Below are positions 53,564-64,000 of a stretch of 64,000 nucleotides of DNA, piece after piece. The stretch is taken from NCBI RefSeq assembly GCF_009914755.1, contig NC_060932.1; one strand, written 5' to 3'. The first letter of the stretch is position 1. Each line of letters begins with the position of its first letter. This stretch comes from the human T2T-CHM13v2.0 reference genome, Homo sapiens. The notes under the pieces were generated by a model that saw only the letters and a program-made list of their open reading frames with translations, searched no databases and was not told the DNA's origin. Both the position numbers and the translations under genes were made by a program.

Positions 53564-55647
53564 GTTAGCACAGCTAGACACCTTTATGTGGCAATTGGGT
53601 AATACTTACTTTAAAAGATAGAATAAAGGAAAAACTACCTAAAATTTCCCATAACATTTTTTTTTTTTTGCAGACTTTTCAGGGGTATGGATACTATATG
53701 GGCTTTATATCTTCATATCAGCTTAGTCCTAGTTAATTGCTATTTTCAATCATATTAATGGCCATTGGTCATTGCTAGCCAGTATCTATGACTGGCTGGT
53801 TCTAATGGCTACAAGCATGCTTAGCAGTGCCCTCATGAATGTTGCTATTATTGTTGAAGGAGGAAAACATTTTAATAATTGGAATTGGATTTTCTCAGTA
53901 TTCAGTATTGCAAAAGGTGGATGTAACTTCTTATGATGTCTCAACAGCTATTACTTTATTTTTTAATTTATTTTTAAAAATCTTATTGTCACACCCCATG
54001 ATTCTGCAACAGCTATAATTTTAATTTCTGAAAGTTTTGATGATTTCCTCCAAGGCTATAGCTGGAGAAATGTACATTGTCTATTATTAGTAACATTTCT
54101 CAAATTGTTTACAAGGCCTGCAGTATAGATGGGCTGAGACTGTGTTTATGCTTTTTCATTGAGAAATTTTGGTCTTGCAGAAGGAATCCATTTGTTCTGT
54201 GAATCTCTATAAAGCAAAGAGAAGAGTTCAAAATTTATAAGGGAGCCCAACAAGTGTTCCAAAAAAGGCTATTTAGGCACAACATTTAGGTGCTTATCTA
54301 GTATGTTGTTTCTATCAATACATAGCTTAAATATAAATAGATCTAAGAACCTTAGTTAAGACGAAAGGGTATAGCATACCATGCTATAAAATCTGTCATA
54401 CAGAATACACATAAAGTGTCTGCTGTAATTTTGTAATCTTTCCAAAAGCAATATACTGTGTCTACAGCCCTCATTTACAACTTATAGAAATTTACTCATT
54501 TTATGCAGAAAATTGGAAAGGAGCAGATGTTTATTCCTAAGCTAGAATTTTGAAGGCCAACAATTAAAATAAACATGTCTCTGCCAAAACTTGAACTAAA
54601 TTGAAAAATTTAGCATATAAATTAAAGCTCACTTAAAACTAAATTTATCAAGGAAATACATTTGTTTTGCATTGCTGGTTTCAATTATTCTGAAAGGACT
54701 TTTATTTTTATGGAACACTGAAGATTTTTAAAAGTTTCAAACAATTTATTGGACAATTGCACCATTTAAAATGAGTTACAAATGTCTTGCTTAAATGTAT
54801 GAGCTATTAGCACATAGTTGATGACCTTATAGAGAGACATTAAAGCAACCATATCCTCAAGTTTATGTCTATATTCCCAGGGGAGTACAAGAAACTGGTC
54901 TGTAGACCTGAAATAGATAAAGCTGTGGGCAGCATTCTCTTCTATTCATTTGTTCCTTTGGTCAGGAATCTGAATTTTGAGACATATTCAATAAATTATG
55001 CATACTCAAATATTTGTGCTCTTAGCTTATTGCCACAGAGGAAAAGAGATTATTTCCTACTTTTTAGTATCTCTCTGCTTTTGTCTGATTTGTACAATGT
55101 TGCCTAATTAATTTTTCTTAAACACTTTGCCCTCCACACATTTTGCCTAAAACCTTCATTGGCTCTTGTAAGATGTGCTAGCATTCTAGGGTCTCAGTTT
55201 ACTGTTGCTACCCTACTTAAATGAATCTCCAATGCTTCCTAATTGTTACTTCTTGGCTTCAACCAATCCAATGAGTTTCCTTTCTCTGACACATATCAGA
55301 TTTATGCAAAGTAGTTTCTTGGCTTAAGTTGCCCTATATTTCTACAAAGGTCTAGTCAGATGGTCAGATGTGACTATCTCTACATATGGGTCTGAAATCT
55401 AGTTTAGGAATTCTATGCTGTGAATGTTTTAGCTTAAAACTCTAAAATTTAACTAGTTTTTTGAATTCTCTCTATTATATTACATGCTTCTGGAATAAAT
55501 ATAAACACAATGAAATCCTTTCTTGAAAATTTAGGAAGATGTTATACACAATATAAATAAGTTGTAAGATAGTGATTTCTACTAGACAGTTAAGGTATTA
55601 AGGACTATTTGTCCTTGTATTAAATGGACCCAGGCTATGCCTTTCTA

Positions 55648-56062
<415 letters not shown>

Positions 56063-56230
56063 TTACTATGATTCTCTCTCTCAAATAAAATTCTGGTGAC
56101 TTTTCTTTAACTCACCAAAAGTAGATACATACATATTTCTAATTCATTGTTTGAAGAAAAGCCTTAAGATATTTTGAAATAAAATTCTACACACATTACA
56201 CAGAAGTTGTAGCTACATGAGGAGAGCAAG

Positions 56231-56551
56231 GTTTTTTTGTTTTGTTTTGTTTTGTTTTTGAGACGGAGTCTCTGTCTGTTGCCAGGCTGGAGTGCAGTGG
56301 CGCGATCTCGGCTGACTGCAACCTCTGCCCCGCCGGGTTCAAGCGATTCTCCTGCCTCAGCCTTCCGAGTAGCTGGAACTACAGTCGTGCGCCACCACAC
56401 GCAGCTAGTTTTTTATTTTTATTTTTATTTTTAGTAGAGTTGGGGTTTCACCATGTTGGCCAGGATGGTCTCCATCTCCTGACCTTGTGATCCACCTGCT
56501 TTGGCCTCCCAAAGTGCTGGGATTACAGGCGTGAGCCACCGCGCCCCAGCC
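56231..56551 (-). mobile_element. AluSc-like
   Basis: gttgccaggctgg (1-nt deletion) and ggccaggatggtct; (TTTTG)n tail. Confidence 0.9.
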
Positions 56552-59284
56552 TGTTTTTGTTTTTATTTTGTAAAACGGCCTTCTCCACGCTGAAACTCTC
56601 TCTCTTTTGCTCTTTCATCTGTCATCTCCTCCCCACTCCCACACCCCACACTCCTTTACCCAATCTTGCCACTGCAGGACAAGAGATAGGATGAAAGTTG
56701 GAAAATAATAATTTATGGAGAAAGCCTGTGTTCCTTGCTTTATGAAAGTAAATTGTAGATAATTAATGTTGTGACAAGATGATTCTATTTTGATGAATAA
56801 AATCATTGAAAAGCTATCAAGCCCCACTGTTTCTCTGCTGAGAGAACTTTTTTTCCTCTCTGTTCTGCATTCCTATTCTTGGCTTTCTTCCCAATTAGTC
56901 TCTGCTAAAGAGTGATAATTGGGGAGATAGGATTTTCACCTACCTTGTGAACAGTAAAAATACCCATTTTTCCACCACTGAAGCTATGTGTATTAATATT
57001 CTATGCTTTCAGAAAGAAAATCCCACACTACTGTGATTCCTGCTTAAAAAAGGAGGTAATCTAATGCCCAAGTAAAAACAATTTTATGGTACTTTTATGA
57101 GCTTCTGGGAACAATGGCCATGTGATGTTCAGTTGCGTGTTTCATGTCTGATGACTGAGTTCACGTACGTCTTAGAGGCTAAATTTGGTTTAAAATATCT
57201 TACATCTTCTCAAATTCCTTATAACAAGAGCAGTAAATTAAAATTAAATTTCGACCTTAAATGGATTGCATGTTTTCCATTTGTAATATATTCGTATGGT
57301 TCAAAAATCTGAAAGAGTAAATGAGTACATAGTAAGAGATTTCCTTCCTACATCCCCATCTTCCCAGCTCCTTTTACTCCCCCTCCCTTCTGCATGAAAA
57401 CTACTGTTACTAGTTTTTTATGTGTCCTTCCAGAGTTTTTTCTGCATATACAAACCTAAAATAAACATAGATTCTTATTCTCCTACTTTTTACAAAAAAT
57501 GTAGCACATTTTATAAATATTTTGCCTCTTGATTTTTTTCTTGCTTAACATAATATAGAGTTATTTCCATATATACATACATAGGGACATTTCTTAATTT
57601 TTTTATAGCTGCATATCATTTCCTTGCACTGAAGTACCATAATATATGTATATTTCACAATTACCTGATTCATGTATATTTGACTAGTTTCAAATCTTTT
57701 GATATTATAAACAATACTGCAAAGAATATTATATATGCATAATTTTATACAGTAGGATAATTTCCCAGTATTGGAATTGCTAGGTTAGAGTACAAGTTTA
57801 TGAATGTTGATCAGCATTGTCAAATTGCCCTTGTATAGGGATTGTGCTTAGTTCGGCTCTTACCAGGCTTATATGAGATTGTTCCTTTTTCCTCAGCCTT
57901 ACCAATAGAGCATGTTGTCAGCCTTTGGCATTTTGCCAATGTGATAAATACAAAATAATACATTAGCAAATTTTTAACCTGTGCTTTTCTTATTATGAGT
58001 GAAGTAACATATTTTCATATATTTGAGTGATGTTCCTCTATACATGATTTGTATCTTTTATTTTTTTCAACATTCAAATATTTTATTGTTGATCTTTTTA
58101 TTATTTATTTCTATAGGCTTCATCTAAATTGCACCTTTTCCTGTGATATAAAGTAAAAAATGTTTCAGAATTATATCATTTGTATTTTGACTCTGAGTAT
58201 CATCTTTTTTTCTATTTTTGTTTTTTTGTTTGTTATTTTCTGAAGAATTGGTTGAATTTTTCTAGTTCATTTTTCTTCGTGGCTTCTGGATTTTTAGTCA
58301 TAATTAGAAAAGGCTTTCCCCTTCCAAGATTATAAAGGAAATCTCCTGGGATTTTTTGTACTTTTGTATTATCTTTAATATCACATAAATCTCTGATTCA
58401 TCTGGAATTGGCTTGTAGTAAGAAGTTTATTTTTTCTTTATATGACTTAATTATTGAATTGACTATCTTTTTCCCACTGATGTAAGATATTACCCTTATT
58501 ATACACTAAATTCTTCTCTATGTTGAGCAATAGTTTTGAATTTTCTGTTCAATCTCTTTGGTCTGTTTATTTATGTGCCAGTATTCAGGGACTATATGTT
58601 TTAACATCTAGAATTTCTAAACTACCTTTAATAACTGAAATTGCTAAGCTGTTTTCCTATTTAAAAGTTTTTCTGAATATTCTTTTCTTCTTTTTTCTTT
58701 ATAAACTTCCAGATTAACTTGTTTTATTCAAACAGCTGGTGTTTTAAAAATAGAATTTTATTACATTTTCAAATTAAATTGCTGTCTTTATGATCTCGAA
58801 ATTTATTCTCAAAATTATGATATTACTTTTTCAGTTGTGTAATTCCCTTTGTTTCCTCTAATGGTGCTTTAAATCATCATATAAATCTTGCACATCAACT
58901 TTATCAGCTTTATCTCTTGGTATTCTATCTTTTTCATCACTGTTGTTAGTGATTTCTATATGTTGATTTTGAATTCTATTTTACTCATCTTTTATTGCTT
59001 GTAGTTGTTTTTCAGTTAATTATCTTTTATCTTCCAGGTGTATAATCATAGCTTCTGTAGTAAATAATTCCTTTGTTTTCCTCTTTCCAAATTTGTATAG
59101 ATTTAATTTGGTTGTAACTCGTCTAATCGCTTTGGATTGTACCTAGAGATCAGCTTTAAATTTTATCAGTGATCATCTTTTTCTTGTTTCTGACTTCTGG
59201 GATTCTAAAATTTTGTCATAAAGCATGATAATGGTTTTTGGTCTCGGTTGGCTGTATTTTATTACGTTAATGAAGTATCCATCT

Positions 59285-60010
<726 letters not shown>

Positions 60011-60028
60011 ACCATGACTCCACATTTA

Positions 60029-60345
60029 TAGTTGACCCTTGAACAATGGGGTTAGAGGGTTAGGGGCACCAAACCCCAGTGCTGTTGAAAATCTGCATAT
60101 AATTTTTGACTCACCAAAAACTTAAGTACTAATAGTCTACTTTTGACTGGAAGCCATACTGATAACCTAAATAGCCAATCAACACACATATTTCATGTAT
60201 TCATGACACACGTTTTTCTTAAATTTTTCTATATTTCTAGTCTGCACGGCAAATCTCCAAGCAATTTTTATGTATATTTATTTTTTAAAATCTGCATAAA
60301 AGTGGATTTTTGGAGTTCAGACCCATGTTGTTCAAGGTTCAACTG
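60029..60345. mobile_element. Tigger2-derived MITE (MER8/MER28-like)
   Basis: TIRs agttgacccttgaacaa / ttgttcaaggttcaact; TA on both flanks. Confidence 0.85.
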
Positions 60346-62863
60346 TAGTCCTTTTTTTTTTAGGTGATTTTTTATTTAATCAAATGATTTATTTTTTTTT
60401 AATCAAGTGATTTTTTTTTTTGGTCAAAAACCTTTTTCATCTATGGAAATTATCTTGTGCTGTATCTCTAGATATATTCATATAAATTATATTAATGGTT
60501 TTACAATATTTGACCATTCTTGCTTTCCCTGGAATAAGTCACATTTCATATAACGAATTATTTGTTCAAGTGCTTCTGGGAATGTTTCACCGATATTCAT
60601 ACCTAAGATTCGTCAGCTGTTTTTGTTTCCTGCAGTCTTTATAAAGTTTTGATATTAGTGTTACTCTTTTTTGTAGAGGAAAGAATAATTTTTTTAAATT
60701 TTTCCTTGTTCTGGGGCTATTTTAAAATGCTGGAATTCACTGTTCTTTAAAAATGTGGTAGAATTTTCCTAGAAAACTTCCAAGGCCAGAGGTTTCAGAG
60801 TATTAATAATTGGCACATTTCTCTAATTCATTTGTTGAAATCAGATTATTTAGAGTTTCTATATCCTTTGGGGTCAGTTTTGGTGAATTATACATTACTA
60901 GAAAATTACATATCTCATCCAGATTAAATTTATTTTGGCATAGAGCTGAATAAAATAGTCTCTTTTGGCTTTTTTATTTTTCTTTGTTTTTGTGGCTTTT
61001 TAAATTCTTATTTTCATGTTTGTAGTTTGTTCATATTTCCTTGAATAGTTTAGCTGTGCTTCATACATTAAATATTTTTCTTAAAAAATAATTTTTAAAA
61101 TGTATTTATTCTATTTTTTCCCTAACTCCATAAATATTAACTACCCTCTTCTCCTTTTCCATTGATTTTTTGTTCTTTTCTATAAATTTCATTCAGAAAC
61201 TCAATTTCCTTATTTTCTTTATTCTTTTAAATTTTTTAATAAAAATTAAATGCTCTGAGTTTTCCTTTGAGCAGTGCTTTAGCTATAGCTCATGAATTCA
61301 GGTATGATGTTTCCATTAATATTATATATTCAGATATATCAGATTGCATAACTCTTTGAAGAGGGAATTGTTTTGGAGGGGGTTTTAAAATTACCATGAG
61401 AAAATTTTTATTTTTCTCCAGTTTTATCAATTTCTATATTTAATGTATCATATTAAGAGTATGTTTTCGCTGTTATTTCTAGAATTTGCCTATTTCTGAA
61501 ATTTTCTTTATAGCCTCATATGTTATCAATTTTAATAAATATTCCATAAATCCATAAATATGGATTGTTGAAAAGAAGATAGGTCTTTTTATTTCTAATA
61601 TAAAGTATTTTTGGTATATCAAACATCCATAACACATTAATGATGCTACTCTATTCTCATAGCTTGAGAGAAGAGAATTACTCTCTTCTCACTAGTGTGT
61701 TTCTGTCTCTTATTTCCTGTAATTTCAGGTTTGTGAACATTTTGCTATTCATAACAATTTTTTGTGAATTACACTCTCTTGAGTTATACAATGTTGTTTT
61801 TTGCATCATTTTGGGCCTAAATTCTTGCTTGTCTAATATGAAAAATAAGACCATCTACTTGGATTCTTTTCTGTTTTGCCAGTATATCTTTTTCCACATT
61901 TTAATTTTAATTATTGTGAATCAGTTTGTTCTAGCTATTCTTTTAAACAGTATTGAGCTTGGTTTTACTTTCTCATTCAATCTAAATATCTTTGATTTTA
62001 ACAAGTAAATTTAATTGATTGATACTGATATAGCAGGTATGTTTGTTCTGAGTGCTGCCATATGTTAAATTTTTTGCTTTCATGTTTGCTTTATGTTCTT
62101 TAACAGTCTTTCATTATGTTGTCTGTGTACTTCCCTTTGTTTTAAGTATACTTCTGATATGTGTGAAGGTGACATATTTATTCTATTGGCTATCTTTATA
62201 ATTTAGTTGTTAACCTTTTGTAAACTATGTTTGTACTTCTATCAGTTTTTTTGATCTGCTTTAATGATATTACTTGATTTCCAGGAATTTTAGTAAAATA
62301 ATCAACAAACATTTTCAACTTCCTAATTTCTTTTCCCCTCCTTCGCATTTTTAAAAATTTTACCAGTTCTGCTTGGCAGAGCACATAATATTAACATTCT
62401 TTTTTGGTCATCCCAACCCTCAAATCTTTTCTATTATTTCCCCAGTCATATTTATTTGGCTGAAGACCACCTACTACTGTCGTCAAGAAAGATTAAATCA
62501 TTTTTGTAAGTAAAAGCTGTTTGTTGCCTTTATTCCTAAAGGACAACTTGACTCAAACTTTCTTTTTCTGAGGATCTTGTAGATGGTGCTGTTAATACAT
62601 GTTTTATGGTGTTAAATGCAACTGTAGAGAAATCTGATTTTCATGCTTATAAGTAATTTACTGTTTTTGCTGGACTACCTTACATATTCTTTCTTTACCA
62701 TTTGAAGTTCAATAACTGTCTGGGTTGTCTACACTGGGTTAGTTTTTCCTTGCCTCCAGTGTACCTTTCAATATGTATAGTATTATTTTATTTCAAAGAC
62801 TTTTGGGGAGCTTATATCTTTAAGTTGTCTTTATGTCTCTCTGTTTTTCCTTTTTAAGTACTC

Positions 62864-63214
62864 TGTCTTCTTCTGTTAAGGCTGCTATCACAAATTATCA
62901 TAATCTAAGTGGCTTATGAACAACAGAAATTTATTTCTTACAGTTCTGGAGGCTGAGAAGTCTAAGATCAAGGTACTGGCAGATCTGTGTCTGGTGAGGG
63001 CTGCTTCCTGGTTCATAGATTCTGTCTTTTCACTGTATCCTCACGTAATGGAAGGAGCAAAGAAACCTTCGGGTTCTCTTTTATGAGGGCGGTAGTCCCA
63101 TGCTTAAAGGCTCTGCCCACATGACCTAATCACCTCCCAAAGGTCCCATCTCCTAATACCATCACCTTGGAAGTTAGGGTTTAACATAGGAATTTTAGAG
63201 GGACATAAATAGCA
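62864..63214 (-). mobile_element. MLT1A-like MaLR solo LTR
   Basis: ggctgctatcacaaa...acagttctggaggctgagaagtctaagatcaagg...taatcacctcccaaagg; TSD tactc / cactc. Confidence 0.88.
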
Positions 63215-63423
63215 CACTCCAAATACGTTTGTTGTATCTACTTTGCCTGTCTTCTGTATCCGTCATCTAGTCTCTCATTCTTTTCAAGTCTTTATTTTCA
63301 TTTTATTTTGTTCTCCTTTTTTTAATTAGCCTTTATGTTCCTTATTCTATTTTCTGTAGCTTTTTTTTATCATTTCTGTGATTTCACGCTATTATTTCTT
63401 GAGCTCTGACAGGTTATATTTGA

Positions 63424-63761
<338 letters not shown>

Positions 63762-64000
63762 CATGATCTTTCTTTTAAAGGCAGTTGCTTCATTTATTTT
63801 ACAAAACTAATGACAAAAATTTTGGTTAGACTTTTCATTCTGTCATTGAAGAAATTCTTGTGCTCTTTGTCTGTTGGTAAGTGTTACTGCTCTTTTTTTT
63901 CTTATAGTAACCGCATATCAGTGTTGTTCCATCTCCTTTGCTAATGCTCAATACTGAATGAATTGGGTCTTCATGCCTTAGGTATATTAGCAGAGGTGTT

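Noticed and set aside
54440-54640. Faint resemblance to a hAT transposase C-terminus
   Set aside because: Needs several frameshifts and the similarity is too weak without an HMM search

Overview
This window is human non-coding genomic DNA. It carries an AluYa5 with all five diagnostic changes, and that subfamily is essentially human-specific. I could not identify any protein-coding exon, RNA gene or host gene. The supplied ORFs are translations of Alu, L1 and LTR elements or simple repeats, or chance ORFs. Much of the window is interspersed repeat: about 19 Alu copies or fragments (J, S, Y, Yd, Ya5), L1PA/L1M fragments, L2, MIR, MaLR/ERVL solo LTRs, Tigger and MER5 DNA transposon fossils, and a very old CR1/L3 reverse-transcriptase relic. 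Most Alus (about 14 of 19) and many L1 pieces lie on the minus strand, which weakly suggests an intron of a gene transcribed on the + strand (inference). I found no convincing new biological system. The leads most worth checking are: a CpG-retaining, motif-dense candidate enhancer (~17.0-17.4 kb), an inverted L1MC pair that appears to share non-consensus substitutions (33-35 kb), a twin-primed L1 with a tiny inversion, the CR1 fossil, close inverted Alu pairs, a candidate cryptic exon at 10.1-10.3 kb, and several template-switch micro-mosaics. Subfamily names come from my recollection of consensus sequences, and the boundaries of old repeats are approximate.
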